From the NCBI RefSeq assembly GCF_020745735.1, contig NC_083449.1, positions 7,662,923-7,726,922 of the forward strand: a DNA stretch of 64,000 bases, read 5' to 3'. Shown here piece by piece: positions 49,570 through 64,000 of the stretch. The notes beneath the pieces were generated by a model. The model worked only from the letters and a program-made list of their open reading frames with translations. It made no database searches and was not told the DNA's origin. Position 1 is the first letter of the stretch, and each line of letters starts with the position of its first letter. The DNA comes from Hemiscyllium ocellatum. Taxonomy: Eukaryota. Both the position numbers and the translations under genes were made by a program.

Positions 49570-52500
49570 GCCATAGAGTTATAAAGATGCAGAGCACAGA
49601 AGCAGACCATTCGGTCTGACCCATCCATGCCAACCAGATTATCCAAAGCTAATCACGTCCCATTTGGCAGCACTAGTGCCGTTTGCCGGCACTTGGCCCG
49701 TATCCCTCTAAACTGTTCCTACTCATGTATGCATCCAGATGCCTTTTAAATGTTGGAATTGTTCCAGTCTCCACCACTTCCTCTGGCAGCTCATTCCATA
49801 CACACACCACCACCCGCATAAACAAGTTTCCCCTTAGGCTGTTTAAAAATCTTGCCCCTCTCACCCAAAACCTATGCCCTCTAGTTCTGGACTCCCCCAC
49901 CCCAGGGAAAATACCTTGTCTATTTAGCCTCTCCATGACCCTCCTGATTTTATAATCTCCAAAATGTCACTCCCTCAGCCTCCAACACTCCAGGGAAAAC
50001 AGGCCCAGCCTCTTCAGCCTGTCCCTTTTGCACAAACACTCCAATCCTGGCAACAATCTTGTAAATCTTTTCTCAATGTTTCAAGTTTCACAACATCCTT
50101 CCGATAGGAAGGAGATCAGAATTGCACGCAATATTTCAAAAGCAGCTGGAGCAATTACCTGTATAGTTGCAACATGATGTCTGAACCCCTATGCTCTATG
50201 CTTGGACCAATAAAAACAGCATACTAAATGCCTTCTTCATTATCCTATCGATCGGCAACTCCACTTCCTTTTCAAGGAACTATGAACCTGCACTCCATCA
50301 TCTTTGTTCAGCAATACTCCCCAGGAGCTTACCATTAAGTGTATAACTCCTGCCTTGATGTGCCTTTCCAAAATGAAGCACCTGAGATTTATCTGAATTA
50401 AACTCCATCTGCCACTGCTCAGCCCAGTGGCCCATCTGATCACAATCCTGTTGTACTCCGAGGGAACCTTCTTTGCTGTCCACTACATCGCCAATTTTGG
50501 TGTCAGCTGCAAACCTTTTATGTTCACATTCAAATCAATTATATAAATGATGAAACGCAGTGAACCCAGCACCAATCCTTGTGGCACACCACTGATCTCA
50601 TGTCTCCAGTCTGAAAGGTAACCTTCCACTACCATCCTCTATCTTCCACATTCAAGTAAATTCTGTGTCCAAATTGCTAGTTCTCCCCAATTTTCATATG
50701 ATCTAACCTTGCTAACCAGTCTACAATGAGGAAACTTGTCAAACATCTTACTGAAGTCCATATAGATCACATCCACCGCTCTACCCTCATCAATCATAGA
50801 GTCAAAGAGATGTACAGCATGGAAATAGATCCTTCGGTCCAACTTGTCCATGCAGACCAATTAAACCAACCAATCTAGTTCCACCTGCCAAAACCCGGCC
50901 CATATCCCTCCAAAACCTTCCTATTCATACCCACATTCAGATGCTTTTTAAATGTTGCAATTGTATTAGCCTCCACCACTTCCTCTGGCAGCTCAATCCA
51001 TTCATGTACCACCCTCTGCATGAAAACTTTGCCACTTAGGTCTCTCTTAAATCTTTTCCATCTCACCATAAATGTATGCCCTCCAGTTCTGGACTCCTCC
51101 AATCCACAGGACATTCCTTGTCTATTTATCCTGTCCATGTCCCACATGATTTTATAAACCTCTATAAGTTCACCCCTCAGCCTCCGATGCTGCAGGGAAA
51201 ACAGCCCCAGCCTATTCAATCTTTCCTTCTAGCTCAAATCCTCCAACCCTGGCAACATCCTTTTCAATCTTTTCTGAATCCTTTCAAGTTTCACAACATT
51301 CTTCTGATAGGAAGGAGACCAGAATTGTACTCAATATTCCAAAAGTGGCCTCACATGTCCAGTACGGCCTCAATACATACTCAATATTCTGACCAACAAA
51401 GGAAAGCATATCAAAAGTCATCCTCACTATCCTATCTACCTGCAACTCTATTTTGAAGGAACTATGCACCTGCACTCCCTGGTCTCTTTGTTCAGCAACA
51501 CTTCCAAGGACCTTAACATTAAGTGTTTAAGTCTTGCTAAGGTTTGCTTTCACAAAATGCAGCACCTCGCATTCATCTGAATTAAACTCCATCTGCCACT
51601 CCTCAGCCCACTGGCCCATCAAGATCCCATTGTAATCTGAGGTAACCTCCTTCATTGTCCGCTACACTTCCAATTTTGGTGTCATCTGCAAACGTACTTA
51701 CTATACCTCCTATGCTCACATCCAAATCATTTATATAAATAACAAAAAGTGGTGGATATAGCACTGATCCTTGTTGTACTCCATTGGTCACAGGCCTCCG
51801 TTCGTAAAAACAACCTTCCATTACCACATCCTGTCTTCTACTTTGAGCCAGTTCTGTTTCCAAATGGCAAGTTCTCCCTGTATTCCATGAGATCTAACTT
51901 TGCTAACCAGTCTCCCATGGGGAAATTTTCTTTGTTACTTCCTCAAAAAACACTACCAAGTTTGCGTATCATGGTTTCCCATGCACAAGACCATGTCCAC
52001 TGTCCCGAATCAGTCCTTGACTGTTGAAACACATGTTAAGTTCTGTCCCTCAAGATTCCCTCCAACATCTTGCCCAACACCAATGGCAGGCTTGCCAGCC
52101 TATAGTTCCCTGACTTTTCCTTATCACCTTTCTTAAATAGTAGCACCACGTTAGCCAACCTCTAGTCTTCCAGCACCTCACCTGTGACTATTGATGTTAA
52201 AAATATCTTGGCAAGGGACAGAACAAACACTTTTGTAACTTCCTAAAGAGTACTGCGGTACACCTGATCAGGTCCTGGGGAATTATTCATCTTTATGTAT
52301 TTCAAGACATCCAGTCTTCTATAATATACTTCTATATTATATGGACATCTATAATATGGACATCTTTCAAGATGTCACCATCTATTTCCCGACATTGTAT
52401 GTCTTCCATGTCCTTCTCCACAGTAAACACTGATGCAAAATACTCATTTAGTACCTTCCCCCATAGAGTCATAGAGATGTACAGCATGGAAACAAGACCC

Positions 52501-55500
52501 CTCGGTCCAACCTGTCCATGCCGACCAGATATCCCAAGCCAATCTAGTCCCACCTGCCAGCACCCGGCCCATATTCCTCCAAACCCTTCCTATTCATGTA
52601 CACATCCAAATGCCTCTTAAATGTTGCAATTGTACCAGCCTCTACGACATCCTCTGGCAGCTCATTCCATGCATGTACCACTCTCTGCGTGAAAAAATTG
52701 TCCCTTAGGTCTCTTTTTTTTTATATCTTTCCCCTCTCACCCTAAACCTATGTCCTCTAGTTCTGGACTCTCCAACCCCAGGGAAAAGACTTTGTCTATT
52801 TATCCTATCCATGCCCCTCACAATTGTGTAAACCTCTATAAGGTCACCCCTCAGCCTCCGACGCTCAAGGGATAACAGCCCCAGCCTGTTCAGCCCCTCC
52901 CTGCAGCTCAGATCCTCCAAACCTGGCAGGATCCTTTTCTGAACCCTTTCAAGTTTCACAACATCTTTCCGATATGAAGGAGATCAGAATTGCATTCAAT
53001 ATTCCAACAGTAGCCTAACCAAAGATCTGTACAGCCGCAACATGACTTCCCAATTCCTGTACTCAATACTCTGAACAACAAAGGAAAGCATACCAAATGC
53101 CTTCTTCACTATCTTATCTACCTGCGATTCCATTTTTAAGGAGCTATGAGCCTGCACTCCAAGGTCTCTTTGTTCAGCAACACTCCCTAGGACCTTACCA
53201 TTAAGTGTATAAGACCTGCTAAGATTTGCTTTCCCAAAATGCAGCACCTCGCATTTATCTGAATTAAACTTGATCTGCCACTTCTCAGCCCATTGGGCCA
53301 TCTGGTCAGATCCTGTTGTAATCTGAGGTAACCCTCTTTGCTGTCCACTACACCTCCAAGTTTGGTGTCATCTGCAAACTTACTAACTGTACCGCTTATG
53401 ATCAGATCCAAACCATTTATGTAAATGACAAATATTAGAGCGCCCAGCACCAATCCTTGTGTCACTCCACTGGTCACAGGCCTCCAATCTGAAAAACAAC
53501 CCTCCACCACCACCCTCTGTCTTCTACCTTTTGAGCCAGTTCTGTATCCAAATGGCTAGTTCTCCCTGTATTCCATGAGATCTAACCTTGCTAATCAGTC
53601 TCCCATGGGGAATCTTGTCGAACGCCTTACTGAAGTCCACATAGATCACATCTACTGCTCTGCCCTCATCAATCATCTTTGTTACTACTTCAAAAAACTC
53701 AATCAAGTTTGTGAGACATGACTTCCCATGCACAAAGCCATGTTGACTATCCCGAATCAGTCCTGGCTTTTTCAAATACATGTACATCCTATCCCTCAGG
53801 AATCCCTCCAACAACTTGCCCAGCACCGCGGTCAGGCTCACCGGTCTATAGTTCCCTGGCTTGTCTTTACCGCCCATCTTAAACAGTGGCACCACGTTTG
53901 CCAACCTCCAGTCTTCCAGCACCTCACCTGTGACCATTGATGATCCAAATATCTCACCAAGAGGCCCAGCAATCACTTCTCTAGCTTCCCACAGAGTTCT
54001 CGGGTACACCTGATCAGGTCCTGGAGAGTTATCCACTTTTAACCGTTTCAAGACATCTAGCACTTCCTCCTCTGTAATCTGGACATTGTGCAAGATGTCA
54101 CCATCTATTTCCCTACAGTCTATAACTTCTATATCCTTTTCCACAGTAAATACTGATGCAAAATATTCATTTAGTATCTCCCCCATTTTCTGTGGCTCCA
54201 ACAAAGGCCTCCTTGCTGATCTTTGAGGGGTCCTATTCTCTCCCTAGTTACCCTTTTGTCCTTGATATATTTGTAAAAACCCTTTGGATTCTCATTAATT
54301 CTATTTGCCAAAGCTACCTCATGTCCGTGTTTTGCCCTTCTGATTTCCCTCTTAAGTATACTCCTACTTTCTTTATACTCTTCTAAGGATTCACTCGATC
54401 TATCCTGTCTATACCTGACATATGCTCTCTCCTTTTTCTTAAACAAACCCTCAATTTCTTTAGTCATCCAGCATTCCCTATACTTACCAGCCTTCCCTTT
54501 CACCCTGACAGGAATATACTTTCTCTGGATTCTTCTTATCTCATTTCTGAAGGCTTCCCATTTTCCAGCCGTCCCTTTACCTGCGAACATCTGCCTCCAA
54601 TCAGCTTTTGAAAGTAGGTCAAGTTTTGCACCTTCTCTAGTAGGTAGATCCACATACTGAATCACAAAATTGTCTTGTACACACTTAAGAAATTCCTCTC
54701 CATCTAAACGTTTAACACTATGGCAGTCCTAGTCGATTTTTGGAAAGTTAAAATCACCTATCATAACTACCCTATTATTCTGAGATCTCCTTGAAAGTTT
54801 GTTTCTCAATTTCCCTCTGACTGTCGGGGGGGTCTATAATACAATCCCAATAAGGTGATCATCCCTATCTTATTTCTCAGTTCCACCCAAATAACTTCCC
54901 TGGATGTATTTCCGGGAATACCTTCCCTCAACACAGCTATCCCTTATCAAAAATGCCACTCTCCCTTATCTCTTGCCTCCCCTTTCTATCCTTCCCGTAG
55001 CATTTGTATCCTGGAACATTTAGCAGCCAGCTCTGAGCCATGTTTCTGTAATTGCTATGATATCCCAGTCTCATGTTCCTAACCATGCCCTGAGTTCATC
55101 TCCCTTCCCTGTTACGCCCCTTGCATTGAAATAGATGCAGTTTAATTTATTAGTCCTACCTTGTCCCTGCCTGCCCTGGTTGTTTGACTCTCACTTCTGT
55201 TCTCAGCTGTACCCGTCTCAGATCAATCTCTTTGCTCACTATCTCCCTGGATCCCCCTCCCCCCACATACACTAGTTTAAATCATCACAAACAGTTCTAG
55301 CAAATTTCAGTGCCAGTATATTAGTCCCCTTCCAATTTAGGTGCAATTCATCCTTCTTGTACAGGTCACTTCTACCCCAAAAGAGATTCCGATGATCCAA
55401 AAATGTGAATCCTTCTCCCATGCACCAGCTACTCAGCCATGCATTCATTTGCTCTATCCTCCTATTCCTGCCCTCACTAGCTCATAGCACTAGTAATCCA

Positions 55501-56005
55501 GATATTACTACCCTTGAGGACCTCCTTTTTAAATTTCTGCCTAACTCTTTGTAATCTCTCTTCTGCGGCTCCACACAAAAGCCGCCTTGTTGATCTTTGA
55601 GAGGCTCTAAATCTTTCCCTAGTTAACCTTTTGTCCTTAATGTATTCATAAAGTCCCTTGAGAATCTCCTTAAAACTATTTGCCAAAACTATCTCATGTC
55701 CCCCTTTTGCCCTCCTGATTTCCCTCTTAAGTATACTCCTACTGTCTTTTCCTCTTCTAAGGATTCACTCGAACTCTACTGTCTATACCTGACGTATGTT
55801 TCCTTCTTTTTCTCTCAACCAAAACCTCAATTTCTCCATCATCCAGCATTCTCTACACTTCCAGACTTGCCGTTCACCCTATCAAGTACAGACTGTCTCT
55901 GGACTCTTGTTATCTCATTTGGAAGGTTTCCCATTTTCCAGCTGTCCCATTACCTGCGAACATCTGTTGCCAATCAGCTTTTCAAAGTTCTTGCCTAATA
56001 TTGTC
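49570..56005 (-). mobile_element. Three nested CR1/HER1 LINEs
   Basis: Host copy interrupted near 50794 and 52463 by copies beginning with catagagtc tails; resumes near 51926 and 55561; KFADDTK motifs. Confidence 0.92.
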
Positions 56006-57064
56006 AAGCCCATTGATATTTTACACCATTTTCAAGGGGTTTAGACTGAATTGTTACCTGAAATAGTTGCCTGGGAAAGGCGTTAAATCTACATTTAATA
56101 TGACATTTTTAAAGCTGAAATCAAGATGGAAAAAAAATCTGACCATAACATCATTTCAAAAACCATATACAACATCGATGTTAAATACAGAGATAGAAGG
56201 AAACCAGACAAAAGTCACCAATTTACAGGATGAAACAGTGTTATTAAGTTTATTAGTGACTGGGCAGGACAGAGTTAAACCTTGAATAAAGTTTTGTCAC
56301 ATACAGAGACATGGCAATTAAATAATGTGAATTCCAAGCACCCATTGTGTGCCAAAGCCTGACAAATACAACTGAAGATGCTAGAGGCTGGAAAAACAAA
56401 TGTAGAAGTTGCTGGAAAAATTCAGTACGTCCAGCAGCATCTGTTGTTAGAAAGCAGAGTTAATGCATTGGGGGCCAGTGGCTGCTATTCAGAACTGAGT
56501 TTCTCCAGGAATTTCTAAATGTTCTTCTTGACAATAGAAAATAATTACTGCAGACACACAAACAGACACACAGCAACTGACTGATTCAGCATTAGTTCAA
56601 AATACAAACATCATAACTATTAGTCTTGCTCTGCAGTTATGGAGTTCCATATATCCTGCAGGCAACAGGAAATTATCCAATTGAGATGAATGTCACTCTC
56701 ATGTGGAGTCATTGTGGTCTGCAGCAGTCAGAGACATCCAGATAACAATTCTACTCCCATTCAGACAGCATTCCATTTCCAACAATGTATCATGGTGGCA
56801 GAGGAGCTGCCATCTCCACCTTTAGCACAACATCATTCTCCATTTCTCCAACTTACAGGAACAGATTTTTTTAATGACTCTGACTTCACCAAAAAAGGCT
56901 TCTTGTGCCATTGTTTCAAATTAACTTTCATTTTCTACAAGTAGCCCTGAATTCCTATGAGGTCTGATATTAAATACAAGAAAACTCAATACCATTTTCT
57001 CAAATAATCAATGCGACCACATAATCGTAATGAAACAATGGAGTTGGAAAGATTTAGTGAGATA

Positions 57065-59725
57065 ATAGAATATAAAACATGACAGTGCAGTATACTATTC
57101 CATTTTCATCCATATGTTTATCCAATGACCATGAAAATGCCAGTAAAGTTGGCGAGTCTACTACAGTTGCAGGCAGAACATACCATGCTTCTACTACTGA
57201 GTAAAGAAACTACTCTGACATTCGTCTTATATTTATCATCCCTCAATTTAAAGTGATGTCCCCTCATGCCAGCCATCACCATCAGAGGAATAAGACTCGC
57301 ACTGTCCACACTATCTAACCCTCTGATTATTTTATATGTCTCTATTAAGTCACCTCTCAAACTACTTCTCTCTAATGAAGCCTCATGTCCCTCAGCCTTT
57401 CCTCATAAGATATTCCCTCCAGACCAGGTGACATCCCAGTAAATCACCTCTGAACCTTTTCCAAAGCTTCCACATCCTTCCTGTGATGTGGTGACTAGAA
57501 GTGGATGCAATTATCCAAGTGTGGCCACACCAGAATTTTGTAGAGCTGCAGCATGACCTCATGGTTCCAAAACTCAATCCCTCTACCAATTAAAGCTAAC
57601 CACCGTATGCCTTCTTAACAAACAGATCAACCAGGTTGGCAACTTTCAGGGATCTACCACATGTACACAGATGTCTCAATGCTTATCAACACTACCAAGA
57701 ACCTTACCATTAGCTCGGTACTCTTTATTCCTATTGCTCCTTCCAAAGTGAATCACCTCACACTTTTCCACATTAAACTCCGTTGCCCAGCTCTGCAGCT
57801 TATCTATGGCCCTGTGTAACCTGCAATATCCATCAGCACCGTCCACAACTCCACTCCGCAAATTTACAAACCTCTCTTTCTGCACCCTCACCCAGGTCAG
57901 CAGTGGACCCAAACCAGATCCTTGCAGTACACCACTAGTAACTGAACTCCAGGATGAACATTTCCCATCAACTACCACCTTCTGTCTTTCAGCTAGCCAA
58001 TTTCTGAGCCAAACCGCTAAATCACCCTCAATCCCATACCTCCATATTCTGTGCAATAGCCTACAGTTGGGAACTTTACTGAAAACACCTAATCAAGCAC
58101 TTTACTGAAGTCCATCCATCGCATCAACTGCTTTACCCTCTTCCATCTGTTTGGTCACCTTCTCAAATAACTCAACAAGATTTGTGAGGCATGACTTGCG
58201 CTTCACAAAACCATATTGACTATTCCTACTGATATGATTATAAATCCTGTCTCTTCTAGCCTTTTCCAACACTTTACCCACAACCAAAGTACTGATCTAT
58301 AATTACCTGGGTGGTCTCTATTCCCCTTCTTGAACAAAGGGACAATATTTGCTATCTTCAAGTCTTCTGGCACTATTCCTGTATACAATAACAACATAAA
58401 GACCAAAGCCAAAGGCTCTGCAATCTTCTCCCTGGCTTCCTCGAGAATGCTAGGATAAACCCCATCTGGCCCAGGGGATTATCTATTTTCACACATCCCA
58501 GAATTGCTAACACCTCTTACTTGTGAACCTATATCCAATCTAGTCTAGTAGCCTGTAACTCCGTATTCTCCTCAACAACATTGTCTTTTTCCCCATGTGA
58601 ATGCCGATGAAAAATATTAATTTCGCACTTCTCTGACTGCACGCACAAGTTCCCACTCCTGCCCTTGATTGGCCCGGAACGTATTCTTTTATTCCTGATA
58701 TAGCTATAGAAAGCTTTAGGGTTTTCTTGATCCTATCTGCCAAAGACTTCTCTCGTCCCCTCCTGGCTCTCCTTAGTTTGCTCCTCAGATCTTTTCCGGC
58801 TAGCTTGTAAGTGCTGCGCCTTCACGTCTCATTGTTACATAAGCTGTCTTCTTCCTTTTGACAAGAGATCAATGTCCTTAGTGAACCACGGCTCCCTCAC
58901 TTGTCCACTTCCTCCCTGCGTGACAGGTACATGTTAATTAAGGACACGTAGTAGCTGTTCCTTGAATAAGCTCCACATTTCAATTGTGCCATCCCCTGTG
59001 GTTTCCTTTCCCATCCTATGCATCATAAATCCTTCCTAATCGCACCATAATTGCCTTTTTCCCCCAGTTGTAAATCTTGCCCTGTGGTATAAACCTATCC
59101 CTTTCCTTCGCTAAAGTAAACCTAACAGAATTGAGGTCACTCTCTCCAAAGTACACACTTACCTCCAAATCTAACACCTGGCCAGGTTCATTACCCAGTA
59201 CCAAATCCATTGTTGCCTCGCCCCTGGTTGGCCTGTCTATGTACTGTATCAGGAAACCCTTCTGCACACATCGAACAAAAACTGACATCTGAAGTACTCC
59301 TAGTATAGTATTTCCAGTCAATATTTTGAAAAGTTAAAGTCTCCCTTTAACAACAACCCTGTTACACTCGCTCCTATGCAGAATCATCTTTATAATCCTT
59401 TTCTCTACGTCTCTGGAACTATTCTGAGGCCTATAGGAAACTCCCAACAGAGTGATCTCTCCTTTCCTGTTTCTAACGTCAGCCCTTCTGCCTTTCTTCT
59501 CCCCTCCGTTGAGCTACACAAGTGTCCCAATGATGCTGAGCACCATCACAATAAAGCGCAGGGTAATTAACACCTAGTTTTGACACCTACCTCATTAGAT
59601 GAGTCCTCAAACATCCTTTCTGCTACAGTAATACTGTCCTTGACTAACAATGCCACACCTCCCCCTTTTTTACTATCTTCTCTGTTCTTACAGAAACATC
59701 GAAATCCTGGAACCTATGACAACTA
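57065..59725 (-). mobile_element. Decayed CR1 ORF2
   Basis: RT/APE peptides (LQGSGLGP, KSCLTNLVE, LDLVLGNEPGQ). Confidence 0.88.
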
Positions 59726-59819
59726 TTTTTGGTTCCTGCTTGATCGAAGTCCTGTAAGCCACCAGATGACATCCCAAATCCTACACTTCTTCACTGCCCT
59801 GTTTCCTTGAACGAAGAGT

Positions 59820-61168
59820 CACAGGTAAATAGGGCAGTGAAGAAGGCATTTGGCATGCTTGCCTTCATTGGTCAGAACATTGAGTGTAGGATTTGGGATG
59901 TCATCTGGTGGCTTACAGGACATTAGTGATGCCACTTTTATGAGATTGTGTACAACGCTCATCACCTTTCTCCAGGAAGGATGTTGTTAAACTTGAGATG
60001 GTGCAGAAAAGATTTACAAGCATGTTATAGAGATATAGAATCATACAGCATAGAAACAGATCCTTCAGCCCATCATGTCCAACAAACAGCAAACTGCATT
60101 CATCCCATTTACCTGCACTTGGCCCATAGCTGACTATGCCCTGTTTTCTTAAGGGCACATCCAGATGCTGCTAAAATGCTGTGAGAGTATTCCACAATAC
60201 ACTCAGGCAGCATGATCTAAACTTTACCCACCCTCTAGATCAAAATATGTTTCTCCAATATCCTCTAAACTGCTTTCCCCACACCTTCAAATTCTCTGGT
60301 CTCAGACACATCTGCCATGGGGAGAAAGACTCTCACAATTTACTCTGTCTTCATCTTTCATTGTTTAGTATATCTCAGTCAGATCCTCCTACAATCTCCT
60401 CTGCTCCAAGGAAACCAAACCCAGTTCATGCATTCTCCCCTTTTGATAAAGACTTTCCAACCCACTGCATCCTCTCCAGTCAATCCCATCCTTCTAATTA
60501 TGTAGCAATCAGAACTGCACATGGTATTTGATCTGTTTTATAAAGTTGTAATAAGGCTTCCTTGCTCTTATATTCGACAGCTCCAGTACTGAAGGAAAGC
60601 ATTCTTCAGTAGTCTGTCTGCCTGTGCTGACAACTTCTGGGATCTACACCAACGTGCCTTTATTCTTCAGTACTGCTTAGGGATCATTCCTTCAATGTGT
60701 AATTCTTTCCCTTATTAGATCTTCCAAAATGCATTACCTCACATTTATCAGGATTAAATTCCATCTGTCTTGCAGTGACCAATGTCCTTGTACTGTAGCC
60801 TGAGACATCCACCTCACTGTCAACAACACCACTGACTTTCATTTCATAGATTAAAGAATAATACAGCACAGGAACAGATCCATTGCACTTCAAGGCTGCA
60901 CTGAAACATTTAATACTTCCACACAAAAAATTAATCTGCAGGCCTACATTCTACATTCCCATCCAGTTGTTAATATGTACATAACAAACAGCAAGGGTCC
61001 CAGCACTGATCCCTGTGGTACACTACTGGTCACAGGCTTCCAATCACAAACACAACCCCCTACAATTATAGTTTGAATCGTATCTGCAAGCTCATTTCAG
61101 GTCCAGTGTGCGTGAGACTCCAAGAGCTGAATTTGGACCAGTCTTTTATATGGGACTTTGTCAAAGGC
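59820..61168. mobile_element. CR1 fragments in both orientations
   Basis: Plus-strand piece 59820-60030, minus-strand piece 60030-61168 that continues at 62403. Confidence 0.75.
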
Positions 61169-62397
61169 TGTAGGGGTGGCCTGTACCTGGCCAGAATAGA
61201 GTGGTTTATGTCTGTTAACACAAACTGACCTTTAAGAATTAAACAGCAGGATGTGAATCTACGCCAAGCAGCCTACTCACACAGTAAGGCTGAATGATAC
61301 CATTGAACAAGCCACTGCGAGGACAGTAAAAACGACTCAGCCTGTTTCCATTCGAAACAGTTCTGGCAAGCGGACCTAAGGTCTAATAAGTGAGTAACTC
61401 CAGCCACATGAAGTGAACAGGTAATTGCCCCAGTTAATGAACAGACACGAGGTGATAGTTACAGCTCATTAATCCCCGAAAACAGCTAAAGTTATCTTAT
61501 AGTATTCAGTTTCTTGAAATAAGTCAGAATATTAAGAATTAGGTTCTCGTAAAGAGACGTAACATCATCACAGTAGTTTTCAGCATAGAAATTAGGTGCA
61601 TAATACCAAAGCATCAAGGGCAATAGAAGCATTTCAACCTGGAAGTGAAGGTTAGTTAGCTTTAGGTAACTTCTCTTACACCCAGAACACAATAGATTGT
61701 TCACAGCCCATTAATCACAAAGTGCTAATAGTTAGGATATCTAAATTACTTTACATTTTGTAACTAAGATTTTATAACAGAAAATTACAAGCCTATGGCA
61801 AGTAAGTCAAAACAAACAGTCCTTTTGTTTTTTTTTCTCCATATATTCTCCATTGTGCTAATTATATCATAGGAGCAATTGAATTTGATAAAATGGAATA
61901 CCATGAATAAACAACATTCAAGCTGTCCTGAGAGAGAAGCTAGCCTGAGAGAAACCCGAGGGTGTACAGCAAATAACTTTGGAATGTGAATGAATAGGAT
62001 GCATAGAAAAACTGCAAGGCATAGAGATTACACTGTCTTCTAAACTCTGAAAGGTAAGGGGATCCCTCTGAGAGGTAAGGGGATCCTGGAGCTGTCCATG
62101 GAAACGCCCATCATTGATTAGGTGCGTCATTGAATACAGTATGCAAACTGAGAGAGAAGAACATCATAATCAAGTTGTATGTGATTGTTATCAGAAAATT
62201 TATAAACAATATTGCTTTTTATTGTAAAATCAGAGTGCGTCATGAACTTCTCTTCTGAGGCCAGTCTCGGGAGAAGATCATTTGGCCCTCTCCCTGCACT
62301 AACCTGTTTCTGCTTGAATAAACACCTACCACTTGCCTGAATGCTGCCTGCCTGCGTGCTGAGTCTTTCATCTCCGGTCAGGGGTTATGCTTCAACA
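61169..62397 (+). mobile_element. Solo LTR (1229 bp) with 5-bp TSD
   Basis: TGT...ACA ends; AAGGC at 61164-61168 and 62398-62402; TATAAA 62201; AATAAA 62317; splits a CR1. Confidence 0.85.
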
Positions 62398-62449
62398 AAG
62401 GCCTGACAGAAGACAGTGTAAACCATGTCAACTGCGCTAATCTCATCAA

Positions 62450-63110
62450 GATGTTTCATTGCCAGGACTGGAGGTTTTGGGTTTTAGGGAGAGGCTGAAC
62501 AGGCTGTTGCTTTGTTCCTTAGACTGTCAGAGAATGAGATGTGACCTTTGTACAGGTTGAGTAAATCATGAGGGGCATGATATGTTGATAGCCAAGGTCT
62601 TTTTCCGAATGTGAGTGAGTGCACAAATAGAGGGCACAGGTTTGAATTGTGGAAAAAAGATTTATAAAGGACCTATGGAGTTACTTAATCACATAGAGGG
62701 TGGCGGTTGTATGAAATGAGCTACCAGAGGAAATGGAGGTGGTGGGTACAATTACGACCTTTTATAGGCACCTGGATATATACAAGAATGGGAACAGTTT
62801 AGAGGGCTATGCGTCAAATGCTAGCAAGTGGGACTAGCCATGGTGTGGAGGTGCCAGTGTTGGACTGGTGTGGACAAAGTTAAGAACCACACAACAGGTT
62901 TCTCAGACAACAGGTTTATTTGGAACCACTAGCTTTTCAGAGTGCTCCTCCTTCATTGCCTAGTGCTTCCACATAAACCTGTTGTACTATAACCTGGTGT
63001 TGTGAGATCTCTAACTTAAATGGGACGAGGTCAGATTCAGATCTCTAGTTAGCAATAACAGCTTGGAACAAAGAATCTATTTCAGTGCTGTATAACTGTA
63101 TGACTCTCTG
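62450..63110 (+). mobile_element. CR1 3' end with nested Penelope-derived palindrome (62845-63020)
   Basis: gagaggctgaacaggctg...gaaatgagctaccagagg...tatgactct. Confidence 0.82.
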
Positions 63111-64000
63111 AAGGCCACACCTTGATGTCATTCCTCCCAGTTAGACACTGCACTATTGGAGTTGCAAAGGTCCATTGCTTTTACCTCTTTGTCTCAGAAA
63201 GGATCTGTGCTGTTCTTCAGAGTCAGTATGTTGTGGTTTCACTTATCAGTGAATCGTACAGACACAAACAGTCAAAGAAAATAAGGTCTTTCCCATTCAC
63301 TTCAGGAAACATGAACTGAAAACGCTCTCCTTTGCTAATTGGCTGTCCACTTTACAGCAAACATTTAAACTGCTCAGTAACCCATCGCAGGAGGATTGAA
63401 GCAGAATCAAGTGAGTGTATTATAACAACTTTTCCATTCAAAAATGTTTTTTATACATAAAATCAGTGCGTGAACACAACAGACCGAGTAGTCAACATTA
63501 AATTTTAGTTTCCAAATTTTTCCAAATTTGTCACATCTGAGCAGAGTTTTGAAGGACAATGAACCATATTCAAAGTCCCTTTGAATAGCACAGGTAGAAA
63601 GTACTTTCCGAGTGCACAAACGGTACAAGTGAATGGAAGAAACAAGATTAGTTCTGTACTGTCAGAAAAAGAAACAGTTGCAGACTGCACCAGTTATTGT
63701 CCTTATTCATGTAAGGAAGGACTGGAAGGAAACTGATACAATTTCTGGACAGGACAAAGAGTGAGATGGTGCCAATTCACAGTGGGTACATAATTACTTG
63801 CAGTGTATGGAAATACTGTCAAGTTACTAGGTCTATAGGCAAAAATAGAAAAGTCATGACCTCAAAGATGTCACAGTTGGGAGAACTAGCATTTCATTAA
63901 ACAAGCTATCCAGGACAGTGTGAGAGTGAAGTATGTCAGTCCCAGTTTACAAGTGAACTTCCTATAGGTACCACCTTGGTCAAAAAGCAAATTCTACTTC

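Overview
Eukaryotic (vertebrate) DNA, almost certainly a shark/elasmobranch (HE1-type V-SINEs, HER1/CR1 LINEs, Penelope-derived palindromic elements). It is a dispersed, repeat-riddled replication-dependent histone locus with 7 histone loci, each with its 3' stem-loop. In order: H4 (intact frame but missing GGK in the N-tail), pseudo-H2A, H2B, H2A, SINE-disrupted pseudo-H2B, H3.2 and a frameshifted pseudo-H1. Interleaved with the histones is an unannotated multi-copy module. It consists of an NRF1-type promoter, a highly conserved GC-rich exon 1 ending in G|GTGAGT, a ~650-bp intron, a phase-compatible exon 2 (AG...CAG|GTATGT) and then kilobases of a degenerate ~49-bp tandem array that almost always lies in the same orientation as the exons. 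There are 3 exon-1 and 4 exon-2 copies; only the 43-44 kb copy looks fully intact. Roughly half the window is CR1 LINE, SINE, Gypsy, Penelope and solo-LTR sequence. All alignments were done by eye; repeat boundaries are approximate.
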